A stretch of DNA of 64,000 nt, from assembly GCA_913030805.1 (NCBI GenBank), contig CAJWDL010000004.1, forward strand, positions 2,719 to 66,718, in the 5' to 3' direction. Source of the DNA: an uncultured Candidatus Pelagibacter sp. GTDB taxonomy: Bacteria > Pseudomonadota > Alphaproteobacteria > Pelagibacterales > Pelagibacteraceae. Below, one piece after another: positions 10,315-20,648 of the stretch (positions within the stretch are counted from its first letter, which is position 1; every line of letters starts with the position of its first letter). Below the pieces are notes generated by a model that saw only the letters and a program-made list of their open reading frames with translations, did not search any database and was not told where the DNA came from. The translations under genes were made by a program, and so were the position numbers.

Positions 10315-11244
10315 ATGTTTTCAATAATTTTTCCAGGACAAGGCTCTCAATCAGTGGGAATGGCAAAAGAATTTTATGAAAAATATCCTCTTGTAAAAAG
10401 CATATTTTCTAGAGCAAATGAAGCTTTAAATTTTAATTTAAGTAAAATTATTTTAGGTGGGTCGATTTCAGAAATTAATTTAACCAAAAATACACAGCCA
10501 GCAATATTTGTTGCCAGTTATTCAATTTTTTCTGTAATGAAAAAGGAATTTAATATTGATTTAAACCAGGCAAATTATTTTGCTGGCCATTCACTCGGAG
10601 AATATTCTGCTTTAGCTTGTGCTAATTCTTTGCCATTCGAAGAAGCCGTTCGCTTACTGTACGCAAGAGGTAAATTCATGCAGGAAGCTGTGCCATTCGG
10701 TAAAGGAGCCATGTTAGCCATATTAGGTTTGAAAGTAGAGAAAATTTTAGAACAAATAAATTCAATTTCAATAAATGGAACTTGCGAAATAGCTAATGAT
10801 AACGGTCCAGGTCAAATTGTTGTTAGTGGAGATAAGGATAGTATTCAAATTTTACAAAATAGTCTTAAAAAAAAATCTATACGCGGATTAATTTTGCCTG
10901 TGAGTGCACCATTTCATTGCTCTTTAATGGAAAGTGCTGAGAAAAAAATGAGCCAAAAAATAACAGAATCAATATTTAAAAATCCGAAACCATCAATAAT
11001 ATCTAATGTTACCGCAAAGGCTGAAAACAAAGCCAGCAAAATTAAGGAGTTATTAATTAAGCAGATTACTTCAAGAGTAAATTGGAGAGAAAGTATAGAG
11101 TATATGATTAATAATGGGGTTAATGAATTTATTGAAATTGGGCCAGGAAAAGTTCTAACAGGTTTGGTGAGGAGAATTAACAAAGACGTAAATGTTTTTA
11201 ATATTAATTCTATTGATGATATAACAAATTATATAAATAAATGA
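10315..11244 (+). CDS. fabD: Malonyl-CoA:ACP transacylase
   Basis: FPGQGSQ and GHSLGEYSAL active-site motifs. First gene of the fabD-fabG-acpP order. Confidence 0.94.
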   Translation: MFSIIFPGQGSQSVGMAKEFYEKYPLVKSIFSRANEALNFNLSKIILGGSISEINLTKNTQPAIFVASYSIFSVMKKEFNIDLNQANYFAGHSLGEYSALACANSLPFEEAVRLLYARGKFMQEAVPFGKGAMLAILGLKVEKILEQINSISINGTCEIANDNGPGQIVVSGDKDSIQILQNSLKKKSIRGLILPVSAPFHCSLMESAEKKMSQKITESIFKNPKPSIISNVTAKAENKASKIKELLIKQITSRVNWRESIEYMINNGVNEFIEIGPGKVLTGLVRRINKDVNVFNINSIDDITNYINK

Positions 11245-11975
11245 TTAGTTTTAAAAATAAAAAAATATTAATTACTGGTGCAACCGGTGGAATAGGTAAT
11301 GAACTTGTTAAAAAATTTTTAGATTTAGGAGGAAACATAGTAGCTACAGGAACAAAAGTAGAAAAATTAGATATTATAAAAAAAAAATATCCTAATGTAA
11401 AAATCCAAAGATTTGATATCTCAGAGCATTCAAGAATCGAAGAATTTATAAACAATGTTGTCTTGGATTTGGGTGGACTAGATGTACTCATTAATAATGC
11501 TGGAATAAATAAGGATAATCTGTCTATAAGAATGAAGGATAAAGAATGGAAATCAGTAGTTGATGTAAATTTAACTTCTACTTTTTTATTGTGCAAGCAT
11601 TCAATAAAAATTATGTTAAAAAAAAAGTACGGCAGAATTGTAAATATTACTTCAATTGTAGGTCACTCAGGAAATTTAGGTCAGTCAAACTATGCTGCTT
11701 CAAAGGCTGGAATTATTGGCATGTCTAAATGCCTTGCAATTGAATATGCAAAAAAAAATATAACAGTTAACTGTGTCTCTCCTGGTTTTATAGCCACAGA
11801 TATGACGACGAATATTGCAGAAAAAGTAAAGATGTTTCTTGCATCAAGAATACCTATGGGAAAATTCGGGTCAAGGAAAGATGTGTCAAATTGTGTAGCT
11901 TTTTTGTCTTCGGATTCAGCTTCTTATGTCACTGGAGAAACACTACATGTTAATGGCGGCATGTATATGGCTTGA
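11241..11975 (+). CDS. fabG: 3-oxoacyl-ACP reductase
   Basis: SDR motifs [12 protein letters not shown] and YAASKAG. Overlaps the fabD stop by 4 nt. Confidence 0.94.
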   Translation: MISFKNKKILITGATGGIGNELVKKFLDLGGNIVATGTKVEKLDIIKKKYPNVKIQRFDISEHSRIEEFINNVVLDLGGLDVLINNAGINKDNLSIRMKDKEWKSVVDVNLTSTFLLCKHSIKIMLKKKYGRIVNITSIVGHSGNLGQSNYAASKAGIIGMSKCLAIEYAKKNITVNCVSPGFIATDMTTNIAEKVKMFLASRIPMGKFGSRKDVSNCVAFLSSDSASYVTGETLHVNGGMYMA

Positions 11976-12031
11976 CAAAATTTACGATTAATCTATTAAG
12001 TTTAGTATTACCAATTTATTATAGGAATCAA

Positions 12032-12265
12032 ATGGCAGACGATGTAGCAAGTAAGGTAAAAAAAATAGTTGCAGAACACTTGGGAATCGATGAAGCAAAA
12101 GTAATTGAGGAAGCTAGCTTCATAGACGATTTGGGAGCAGATAGTTTAGATACAGTCGAACTAGTTATGGCGTTCGAAGAGGAATTTGGTTCTGAAATTT
12201 CTGACAACGAAGCTGAAAAAATATTAACCGTTGGTGATGCTATAAAATTCATAGAGAACAAATAA
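12032..12265 (+). CDS. acpP: Acyl carrier protein
   Basis: [21 protein letters not shown] phosphopantetheine site. I trimmed the track ORF (11972) to the ATG at 12032 ([13 protein letters not shown]), giving the normal length of about 77 aa. Confidence 0.95.
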   Translation: MADDVASKVKKIVAEHLGIDEAKVIEEASFIDDLGADSLDTVELVMAFEEEFGSEISDNEAEKILTVGDAIKFIENK

Positions 12266-12315
12266 AACTAAAGCTTGTTTTACAATTTTTTAGTATGATT
12301 TTTGATTGTACAGGG

Positions 12316-12930
12316 ATGATGGTAATTGTATCCTCACCTTCTGGAGCAGGCAAGACTACACTTGTAAAATTATTATCCAAAAGAAACAAAAGTTTTGAGA
12401 TTTCAATTTCAAATACAACACGAGTACCTAGGAGAGATGAAATTGAAGGCAAAGATTATTATTTTATCAATGAAGAGAAATTTAATGATCTAATCAAAAC
12501 AAAATCTTTTTATGAGCATGCAAGAGTTTTTAATAATCTTTATGGTACATTAAAAGACCCTGTTATTAAACATTTATCTCATGGAAAGGATGTACTGTTC
12601 GACATAGATTGGAATGGCTCCAAACAAATGAAAAGACTAAAACTAAAAAATAAATTAATTTCGATATTTATTTTACCACCAAATATTAAAACACTTAGAG
12701 ATAGATTGTCCAATCGTGATATGAAGGATAAATTAATATTAAAAGAAAGAATGAATCAATTCAAAAACGATGTGTTACATTGGAAAGAATATGACTATAT
12801 TGTGATAAATAACGATTTAGAAAAATGCTATCAAGCAATTATGTCAATAATTGATTGTGAAAAAAAAGGAAAAAAATTTTTATTTGATCAAAATAAAATT
12901 AAAGAAAAAATATCTGAATTAATTAGCTAA
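12316..12930 (+). CDS. gmk: Guanylate kinase
   Basis: SSPSGAGKTTL P-loop and the SNTTR motif. The start at Met 12316 (MMVIVSSPSGAGK) fits the family N-terminus better than 12295. Confidence 0.9.
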   Translation: MMVIVSSPSGAGKTTLVKLLSKRNKSFEISISNTTRVPRRDEIEGKDYYFINEEKFNDLIKTKSFYEHARVFNNLYGTLKDPVIKHLSHGKDVLFDIDWNGSKQMKRLKLKNKLISIFILPPNIKTLRDRLSNRDMKDKLILKERMNQFKNDVLHWKEYDYIVINNDLEKCYQAIMSIIDCEKKGKKFLFDQNKIKEKISELIS

Positions 12931-13710
12931 ATTTTCATACTCCTTTGTAATTTCAAAATAAATTTCTTTACTTAAATTCTGTGGTCTTAAATTTAGGTTA
13001 ATTTTTAATTTATTCAAAATTTCATTACTATTGTTAAATAATTGCTTAATTGGTTTGTTAATCATTTTTCTTTTTTGTGAAAAAAAAACTCTTGTAACTA
13101 CTTCCAAATTTTTTGCATTTTGAAATTTTACATGTTTTAATTCTGGAATAAATGACAAAACGCTACTTTCTACTCTTGGTTTTGGATAAAAACAATTTCT
13201 AGAAACATCAAAATGTTTTGTAATCTTTAGTTTCCAATTACTAATTATAGATAGTCTGCCGTAATTTTTGGTATTAGTTTTGGCAGTAATTCTTTCTGCA
13301 ACATCTTTTTGAAACATTAAGATTAGTTTTTTATACCAAAAACTTGAATTACAATTTAATATCCACTTTGCAAGTATTTGAGTAGATATATTATATGGTA
13401 AATTACCAAATACAGTTAATTTTTTATTGGATAAATTTTTTTCGTTAGTTTTTAGTATATCTTCGTTAAAAATATTTATCTTATTCTTGAACTCTTTTTT
13501 TATATTTCTATAAAGTAACTTATCTTTTTCAATTAAAAAAATTTTTTTTGGTTTTTTTTTAATTATTTCTTTCGTTAGATTGCCCGTACCAGGACCAACT
13601 TCTAATATATCATCTTTTTTATTTATATCTCCAATATCAATAATTTTATTTATAATGTTAATATCTGTTAAAAAATTTTGTCCCAAGCTTTTTTTTGGTA
13701 GAATTGTCAC
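12919..13710 (-). CDS. rsmA: 16S rRNA (adenine1518/1519-N6)-dimethyltransferase
   Basis: SLGQNFL and EVGPGTGNLT SAM motifs. Last gene of the lptD-surA-pdxA-rsmA order. Confidence 0.92.
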   Translation of the reverse strand: MTILPKKSLGQNFLTDINIINKIIDIGDINKKDDILEVGPGTGNLTKEIIKKKPKKIFLIEKDKLLYRNIKKEFKNKINIFNEDILKTNEKNLSNKKLTVFGNLPYNISTQILAKWILNCNSSFWYKKLILMFQKDVAERITAKTNTKNYGRLSIISNWKLKITKHFDVSRNCFYPKPRVESSVLSFIPELKHVKFQNAKNLEVVTRVFFSQKRKMINKPIKQLFNNSNEILNKLKINLNLRPQNLSKEIYFEITKEYENLAN

Positions 13711-14678
13711 TGTATATTGTTAAAAAACTTTATTGATTCAATTAAACTGGATGGATCGGCAACTTTTTTTCCGACAATATCTGCCGCAACACCATGATCG
13801 GGTGATATTCTAATAAATGGAAGTCCCAAGGTAATATTAATAGCTTTAAAACTCATTATGGTTTTGATCGGCGTTAGTACTTGATCATGATACATTCCAA
13901 CAACCACATCGAACTTTTTTTCGTTTTTTGATAAAAATAACGTGTCAGCAGAAAGTGGGCCAGTAATATTAATTTTTAGTTTTTTTATTTTTTTAATTGC
14001 AGGTTTGATTATTTTTTCTTCTTCTGAGAATCTTTCATGAGAAAAACAATGTGGATTTAATCCTGTGATTGCGATTTTAATCTTTTTTTTTAAATATTTA
14101 TTATAAAAAAAAACAATTTCTTTTATTTGATTTACTATTTTTTTAACATTTAGTTTTTGAGATATTTTTTTTACCGCAACATGTGTTACAATCGGAGTAA
14201 CAGCTAATTTATTGCTGTAAATTAACATTGTTGCCTTGTCATAACATCCTATTTTATATGCAATAAATTCCGTTATACCATTGAACCTTTTATTCAAAAA
14301 AGTTTCTTTTGACACTGGTCCATTTACAATTCCTAAAATTTTATTTTGTTTTATCAAATTTAATCCTTGAGAAAAACAATCCGAAATAAATTTATTTGAT
14401 TTTTCAGAAATTTTTTCAAAAATTTTTTTTTGATCGTATTTTATATCAATCACAGGAATAGCCGTGCCTTTTAAATCATCCAATTTAAAGTTTTTTTCAA
14501 TTAATTTTAGATTTAGATTAAATTTAAAATATTTTAAGTGTCTGTATAGAAGATTGTAATTTCCAATAACTAAGCATGGAAGGTGTCTAAATTTTTTTTT
14601 TTTTATCCAAGATTTAAAAATTATTTCAGAGGAAATACTATTAGGTTCTCCAAGAATTATAGCAATTGGTTTAATCAT
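13707..14678 (-). CDS. pdxA: 4-hydroxythreonine-4-phosphate dehydrogenase
   Basis: GEPNSISSEI, GLNPHCF, YHDQ and SPDHG motifs of PdxA. Confidence 0.9.
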   Translation of the reverse strand: MIKPIAIILGEPNSISSEIIFKSWIKKKKFRHLPCLVIGNYNLLYRHLKYFKFNLNLKLIEKNFKLDDLKGTAIPVIDIKYDQKKIFEKISEKSNKFISDCFSQGLNLIKQNKILGIVNGPVSKETFLNKRFNGITEFIAYKIGCYDKATMLIYSNKLAVTPIVTHVAVKKISQKLNVKKIVNQIKEIVFFYNKYLKKKIKIAITGLNPHCFSHERFSEEEKIIKPAIKKIKKLKINITGPLSADTLFLSKNEKKFDVVVGMYHDQVLTPIKTIMSFKAINITLGLPFIRISPDHGVAADIVGKKVADPSSLIESIKFFNNIQ

Positions 14679-15834
14679 TGAAATATTTGATTTTAATATT
14701 GTTTTTTATTTGATTAAAATAATTGGTTGAGAAATTATTTAATTGTTTATTTTTTTCGATCTCAATTATTTTTTCCATCTCTTTATTAAGATCCATATTA
14801 GTTTCCTCAACCCTTTTATCTCCAACTTTTAATATTAAAATTCCTCCTGAAATAGGAATGGGCTCAGTGATAGAACCTATTTTGGTTTCATTTACAGATT
14901 TTACCAATACTTTAGAAAATTTACTTTCACTTACCCATCCCAGATTACCACCCTGTTGAGCAGTTGCTGATGAACTAAATTTAATTGCAGTGTTTTCAAA
15001 TCCTTCCTCTTTTATATTTTCTATTACATCATCTATTGTAATTTGATCTTTTTTTTTGCCTTCTATAATTTGATCATTTGTTTCGACTTCAACCTCTTTT
15101 TCTATAGACTTTTCTTCAACTATAGAATTTTTTTTATTATTATAAGAAGCGTTTTCTGCTTCAATTATTATTCCACTATTTTTTTCATCCACAACTTTAT
15201 TTTCTGGCAATTCTTCAACAACTTTGTTTTCATTTAATTCTTCTTCACTTTCTTCATCTAGTTCCTTTATTGCTGAATTTTCGATAAATATTTCGTAAAC
15301 TAGATACTCCACATTCTTTTTTTGTTCTGCAATTAATATTTTCAATTTCTCATCAATTTTTTTCTTATCAATAACAATTTGATTCTTGTAAAACTGATAA
15401 ACCAATTGGTTCCATTTTAACTCAAGTAAAATTTTTTTTTTAAATTCATCTAATTCATATTCCTGAAATTTTAAAAATGTCGTAAAATCTTCGAAGTTCC
15501 TAAATCCAATATTTCGAGATGTTTTGATCATTTGATTATTAAGTAGTTCATCTTTTATAATTATATTATTGTAATTTGATAGCGCAGTGATTTTTATTTT
15601 ATCTTTAATTAAAGAATCAATTGCGATTTCTTTAAATTCTCGATCATCCGATTTCTTAATTTGTCCCACAGTTATTACATTTAAATAATTTATTTCTTTA
15701 TCCAAATCGTAATTGGTAATAATTTCGTCTCCCACTGATATAATTACTTTATTGTTCAATTCTGCATTTGAATTAGTCAATAAAAATATTGATAGAAGGA
15801 TTGTAGTTATTGATAATTTGATATTTTTTCCCAC
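14671..15834 (-). CDS. surA: Periplasmic chaperone / peptidyl-prolyl isomerase SurA-like (single parvulin domain, acidic insert)
   Basis: Signal peptide, a SurA-N-like region, and one parvulin block (GGNLGWV..GILILKV). Positioned between lptD and pdxA. Confidence 0.8.
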   Translation of the reverse strand: MGKNIKLSITTILLSIFLLTNSNAELNNKVIISVGDEIITNYDLDKEINYLNVITVGQIKKSDDREFKEIAIDSLIKDKIKITALSNYNNIIIKDELLNNQMIKTSRNIGFRNFEDFTTFLKFQEYELDEFKKKILLELKWNQLVYQFYKNQIVIDKKKIDEKLKILIAEQKKNVEYLVYEIFIENSAIKELDEESEEELNENKVVEELPENKVVDEKNSGIIIEAENASYNNKKNSIVEEKSIEKEVEVETNDQIIEGKKKDQITIDDVIENIKEEGFENTAIKFSSSATAQQGGNLGWVSESKFSKVLVKSVNETKIGSITEPIPISGGILILKVGDKRVEETNMDLNKEMEKIIEIEKNKQLNNFSTNYFNQIKNNIKIKYFND

Positions 15835-18357
15835 TCAATTAACCGTGAGTCCCGTTGCAGATATCGGTACCTTTCCAAAAGGTATAATTGTTAATGTAAA
15901 CATTAGATTTTCACTAGGTTCTAAATCATTATCTGAGTAAAAACTTTTATTATATTCTACTGCCGCTCTCAGGCAGTCGTTTTCATATTGATAGCTCATA
16001 TTATAAAATTCAGTGGCCTCAGTTGTAAAGTTTTCACGAGTTTTAAACTTTAAAGAATTTGATTTGTTTAATTCTAAAACAAGTCCAGCGTTAATATAAT
16101 GGTTATTTCCTATATGGTTATTTTCTTCAAGATATTCAAAATTTGTAATTAATTTATTAATTTTAAAAATACCTGAAATTTCATTATAATTTAAAGTACT
16201 GTAATTGTTATCTAGTGAAAATTTATAACCAACTTTACTAAATTCATTCAGATAATAATTTACATTGCCAACCAATTCTGATGTTTTTTCATTCAGTGAG
16301 CTTTGTCTTGGCATATCGGCATTATCATCATAGCTAAAAATTTGACCTATTGACAAACTGAATTTCTTGAAATTATTTTTATCCTTATAATTATAATCTG
16401 TTCCTAAAGTTAAACTTGCACCTGTCTCAAGTGTGTCAATATCAGCCAATTTATTTAAAGAATACAGGTTTGACATTTCCAATTTCAAACTGTCATCACT
16501 CATATTTCTCATATGGCCCGGTGCTACCCTCAACATTAGTTTTGGTGTTAGAGTTTTTTTATAATTTTCTGACCGTTTTTCTAAAGGTAGAGAACTTAAC
16601 AATGATATCGCACCCGCGAATTCAATATTATTTTTGTCATCTTTATGTTGAAGGGCGTTTTTTGATCGATAATTTGAATTTTTTAAATTACTCTCAAATT
16701 TTGTTATAATGCCAGAATTACTAATATAATCATTTGACTTCCAATGAAAATCGTTGACTAATTTTGTTTGCTTTTTATTAGTTTCGTAGTTTTTGTGGTA
16801 GCCTCTAGATTGAAAGTTAAGTGTTCCCAGTTCCTCAGAAATAGATAATTTATTTTTATAATCATAGTTTGGCGTTACAAACTCATATCTTTCATCAGTT
16901 TTGCTTAAATCTTCGTATACATCCATGCTTATATCCAAATCTGAATTATTTTTTGAAAAATTCATAGCTATTGAGGAATTCATCATCGTGTTACTTTTCA
17001 TTATTTTAGAATTAATGTCGTGAACTTTAAGGTAAGTATCATTTGATGTTTTTTGAAAATTAAATGAAAGTTTACTTTTATCAAATGTTTCGAGATCTAA
17101 ATCAATATCAGATCTTGCAAAGATATGATTCCTACTTCCATCGGTTTTTTTGTTAGAGGTTTTTTTATAGCCTTGATTAAAACTTCCATCTAGTATTGAA
17201 TAACTATTTTTTGTTACATGTCGATATTCTGTTTGGATTACAGGATTTTCATTTGCATAAATTTTTGGATTTAATGTTGCATCCTTATGTTCTGCTAAAG
17301 CGAAATAATAAGGTAAATTAATACCTTTTCCTAACAAAGTAGAATTCGTTATGCTCGGTGTCAAAAATCCAGATTGTCTCTTTACCGTTGGGTCAGGGTG
17401 AAAAAATATCGGAGTATAAAATACAGGGTAACCATATAAGTATAATTTTGCATTTTCATAGCTGATTTTTTGTTTTTCCTTATCATGAATTATCTTTTTT
17501 GCCATGAGTTTCCATGGTGGACATTTATCTCCCCTTTTTTTACAAGTTGTAAAAAACCCTCCTTCAATATAACTTTTATTCTCAGTAATGACTGCAGAAT
17601 TAGCAACTAATCTTGGGTCATTTTCAACATCTCCAAATGTATCCTTTTTAAATTTCAATTTTAAATTTGATCCTGCCATTCTTTTATTCTTAACATCGAC
17701 AAATATATCGTCGAAAAAATATTTATTCTCATATTTATCAGTTATTTTAATATTACCTTGTGATCTTAAATTTTTATTTTTTATAGTGTAGTTAAACATA
17801 TCTACTAAAATTGAATTTCCGTAACCATCATTCACTTTTGTTAATTGGTCAGATTTTATGACTTGATTTCTTTTGTCATATAAAGCGATTTCGGTCTCGA
17901 TGGTTACTCCATCACTGCTTTTAAAAAAAACGTTGCCTTCAGCTAACATTTCCTCTTTGTTTTTTAAATATTGAAACTTGTCTGATACAAGCTCGTTATT
18001 TGTTTTTGCTTCTTTAAAAAAAACGTTGCCTTCAGCTAATATTTCCTCTTTGTTTTTTAAATATTGAATTTTGTCCGATGTAAGTACATTATTTGTTTTT
18101 GTGTCGGTTATTTTGACAGATTTTTTTGCATCTATAATATTTTCTTTCTTATCATAAGTTGCATTTTCAGCTTCGATAGTAATTCCATCTTGTCCTACAA
18201 TAAGAACATTGCCTTTCGCTTGAATTGTTTCGCTATCCTGAAGTAACTTTATATTTGATGCACTAATATCGAATTCATCAGCAACTAAATCCTGAATTAA
18301 AGAAAAGAAAATTAATGTCAAATATAAAAATATATTTTTATTATTTTTCATTAACAT
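15835..18357 (-). CDS. lptD: LPS assembly outer-membrane protein LptD
   Basis: 840 aa. Signal peptide, OstA-like N-terminal repeats, a large beta-rich C-terminus, and the conserved lptD-surA order. Confidence 0.87.
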   Translation of the reverse strand: MLMKNNKNIFLYLTLIFFSLIQDLVADEFDISASNIKLLQDSETIQAKGNVLIVGQDGITIEAENATYDKKENIIDAKKSVKITDTKTNNVLTSDKIQYLKNKEEILAEGNVFFKEAKTNNELVSDKFQYLKNKEEMLAEGNVFFKSSDGVTIETEIALYDKRNQVIKSDQLTKVNDGYGNSILVDMFNYTIKNKNLRSQGNIKITDKYENKYFFDDIFVDVKNKRMAGSNLKLKFKKDTFGDVENDPRLVANSAVITENKSYIEGGFFTTCKKRGDKCPPWKLMAKKIIHDKEKQKISYENAKLYLYGYPVFYTPIFFHPDPTVKRQSGFLTPSITNSTLLGKGINLPYYFALAEHKDATLNPKIYANENPVIQTEYRHVTKNSYSILDGSFNQGYKKTSNKKTDGSRNHIFARSDIDLDLETFDKSKLSFNFQKTSNDTYLKVHDINSKIMKSNTMMNSSIAMNFSKNNSDLDISMDVYEDLSKTDERYEFVTPNYDYKNKLSISEELGTLNFQSRGYHKNYETNKKQTKLVNDFHWKSNDYISNSGIITKFESNLKNSNYRSKNALQHKDDKNNIEFAGAISLLSSLPLEKRSENYKKTLTPKLMLRVAPGHMRNMSDDSLKLEMSNLYSLNKLADIDTLETGASLTLGTDYNYKDKNNFKKFSLSIGQIFSYDDNADMPRQSSLNEKTSELVGNVNYYLNEFSKVGYKFSLDNNYSTLNYNEISGIFKINKLITNFEYLEENNHIGNNHYINAGLVLELNKSNSLKFKTRENFTTEATEFYNMSYQYENDCLRAAVEYNKSFYSDNDLEPSENLMFTLTIIPFGKVPISATGLTVN
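17923..18108 (-). repeat. Tandem in-frame 93-bp duplication (2 copies, 31 aa each) inside the lptD N-terminal domain
   Basis: Copies at 17923-18015 and 18016-18108. The first ~53 nt differ at 1 position, and I align them at roughly 85% identity overall. Protein: TNNVLTSDKIQYLKNKEEILAEGNVFFKEAK / TNNELVSDKFQYLKNKEEMLAEGNVFFKSSD. Confidence 0.9.
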
Positions 18358-19432
18358 GAATCATTCCTATAGAACTAAAAATCAAAACTATACTTAAAGG
18401 AGTCCAAACAGACATTATTAAAGAAATTTGTTCCGTTTCTCCCAATGCTCTGGATAAGTCATTAAGATAAAAAATGACAACCGAAAGAATAATGGTAATA
18501 ATGACATAAATCAGATAACTTCCCCTATACTTTACATTCGTTACAACGGCCCCAGCAAGAAGCGTCATGGACATTAAAAAAAGCGGGTAGGACAAGGCTT
18601 TATGAAATTCACTTTCAATTTCTTTAGTAGAATAGCCTAAATATTTGTAATTTTCTTTTAATTTGTTCAGCTCCCAAAAAGAAATAGCATCTAAATTGGA
18701 AAAAATATTTTTTATGCTGTTAATTTCAAAGTGACTTATTAAAGAATACTCTACAAAATAGCTAGAGGTGTTGTTACTATCACTGTAATAAACAGTTGCA
18801 TCACTTAATTTCCAATTATGTTTGCTGATATCAGCTTTACGCGTTTCAATTCTTGATAGAGGCCTATTGTTTTCGTCAAACTTATAGATAGAAACATCTA
18901 TCAAACTGTTTTTACTTAATCTTTTTGCTCTAATTATATTTATGTTTCCCTCGATTTTATCTTTTATCCAAATACCATTTTCTGTAATTGCAGCCAAATA
19001 ATCATTATCTTTAGTATAATTATTTTTTATATCCAAATATTTGTATGTAAGTTTTGAAGTTATCGTATTTACAGCTGTTACAATAATTATGCCAAAAACT
19101 AGTGATATTAAAGCCGGAAAGATTATAATTTTAAAATTTGATATACCTGCTACCCTCAAAGCAATTAACTCTTCCGATCGAACAAATCTTAAAAATAATA
19201 TGATTGATGAGATTAAAAAAATAAATGGAAAAAGTTTATATATCATTGAGGGCACCTTTAAAAAAGTTAAAGCTACGGGTAATAAAAATCCAACCCCGTG
19301 ATCCTTAAAAAAATTAACTTCTTCGAATATATTAAGAACAATTCCCAGGGCCAGAAACATCAAAGTAACATTCAATACAGTTTTGGAGTATTCAATAAAA
19401 AAATATTTTTTAAATATATTAAATTTAAACAT
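18341..19432 (-). CDS. lptG: LPS export ABC permease LptG
   Basis: 363 aa in the YjgP/YjgQ permease topology (3 TM, periplasmic beta-jellyroll, 3 TM). Follows lptF. Confidence 0.85.
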   Translation of the reverse strand: MFKFNIFKKYFFIEYSKTVLNVTLMFLALGIVLNIFEEVNFFKDHGVGFLLPVALTFLKVPSMIYKLFPFIFLISSIILFLRFVRSEELIALRVAGISNFKIIIFPALISLVFGIIIVTAVNTITSKLTYKYLDIKNNYTKDNDYLAAITENGIWIKDKIEGNINIIRAKRLSKNSLIDVSIYKFDENNRPLSRIETRKADISKHNWKLSDATVYYSDSNNTSSYFVEYSLISHFEINSIKNIFSNLDAISFWELNKLKENYKYLGYSTKEIESEFHKALSYPLFLMSMTLLAGAVVTNVKYRGSYLIYVIITIILSVVIFYLNDLSRALGETEQISLIMSVWTPLSIVLIFSSIGMIHVNEK

Positions 19433-19433
19433 T

Positions 19434-20597
19434 TTATTGATCTAGATTTTCAAATTTAAATATTCTAATTAAATTTTGGTAATTCAATAATATTAATAAA
19501 GGAGGCAAAGAATAATAAAAGATTGAACTCAAAGCAGAGCTTCCTGAGTATCTAACCATAATTTCTGCAAACACCAGGATGGCAAATGCCGTTATAAAAA
19601 CAATATACTTTTGAAGAAAATAATATTTGCTTTCCTTTCTCGAGGATAACAAGTAACAAACAATTATTGATATGATGGGAATGTAAAGGGGCATTCCTAA
19701 TCTTCTATTCAGCTCAGATGTAATGTCATCTATCCTAGCTCTACATTGTCGTTCTGAAAGAATAATTTTGCCCTCATCTAAAAATGGTCTAATACAATTT
19801 AACAAACTAAGAGTATTATTTTCCTGTATTTTTGGATAAGTCGTAGTTTTGCTTTCAAATGAAGCTAGATTAATATCTGTTTTGTAAAATTTTAAAAAAT
19901 TAATTTTTTTGTTTTTTTTCTCTGTCTGGATTACACCATCGAATAAAACTAAAAAATTTTGCTCAGTTAAAACACCAACTTTTACAAATGGCATTACACC
20001 TTTTGTTTCAATGTATCCTTTTTTGGCAATAATTGTTTTCGATTTTGCATTACCTGGAACATCATCTCTTAAGAAAACATTTAACATTTCTCCATTGGGG
20101 GTTTTTTTTTCAACAAATATAGTTAACCCTTTAACCGTATCATTAAATTTTTTTTCTTTTAACAAAGAAGGAAAGAGAGTTATGTTAGATGATTTTAAAA
20201 CTGATCTTGCAATATTCAGAGATGAGGGACTTATAGAAAGCGATAATAATAATTGAAATAATGTAATTAAAATTGAAATTATAAAAATAAAATTCACGAG
20301 TCTGATTTTATTTAAACCAGATGTCCAAAAAACTAATAATTCGTTATTTTTTTCAAATTGCAATATTGTAGTTAATAAACTGATTAAAAAAACTAAAGGA
20401 ATTAATCTACCAATGACTTTTGGTATGTTTAAAATTGAATATGTAAAATAAACACTAAATGCATGTCCGTCTTCGGTAACAAAATCTAAATAATTTACAG
20501 CTTGAACAATCCAAACAATTACACATATTGATATTAATATTAAAGTAAATAAGGAAATAAATTCCGTAAAAAAATATCTATAAATTGTATTTTTCAT
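19434..20597 (-). CDS. lptF: LPS export ABC permease LptF
   Basis: YjgP/YjgQ family. I chose the Met at 20597 (MKNTIYRYFFTEF), which matches the family N-terminus (E. coli MIIIRYLVRE). The track ORF extends to 20693 and would overlap pepA. Divergent from pepA, as in E. coli. Confidence 0.85.
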   Translation of the reverse strand: MKNTIYRYFFTEFISLFTLILISICVIVWIVQAVNYLDFVTEDGHAFSVYFTYSILNIPKVIGRLIPLVFLISLLTTILQFEKNNELLVFWTSGLNKIRLVNFIFIISILITLFQLLLSLSISPSSLNIARSVLKSSNITLFPSLLKEKKFNDTVKGLTIFVEKKTPNGEMLNVFLRDDVPGNAKSKTIIAKKGYIETKGVMPFVKVGVLTEQNFLVLFDGVIQTEKKNKKINFLKFYKTDINLASFESKTTTYPKIQENNTLSLLNCIRPFLDEGKIILSERQCRARIDDITSELNRRLGMPLYIPIISIIVCYLLSSRKESKYYFLQKYIVFITAFAILVFAEIMVRYSGSSALSSIFYYSLPPLLILLNYQNLIRIFKFENLDQ

Positions 20598-20648
20598 TAC
20601 GGTTGATTTAATATATATGTTAGTTTTATTCAACTGTAACAAGAAAAT

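Noticed and set aside
11210-11596. Long antisense or out-of-frame ORFs in the track: 6126-6440, 6483-6830, 11210-11596, 19909-20256, 40920-41246, 51105-51524 (139 aa), 60269-60598, and the many 60-90 aa ones.
   Set aside because: Each lies entirely inside a confidently identified gene on the opposite strand or in another frame. Their translations are low-complexity (Ser/Leu/Phe/Ile-rich) with no recognisable motifs. This is typical shadow-ORF behaviour.
11972-12031. N-terminal extensions of track ORFs: acpP 11972, lptF 20693, hypothetical 22575, DUF2155 27486, rrf2 42209, sufU 47327, thioredoxin 55596, prfB 35670.
   Set aside because: The extensions overlap upstream genes or add non-homologous residues. 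Internal Met codons reproduce the family-typical N-termini or signal peptides, so I trimmed them.
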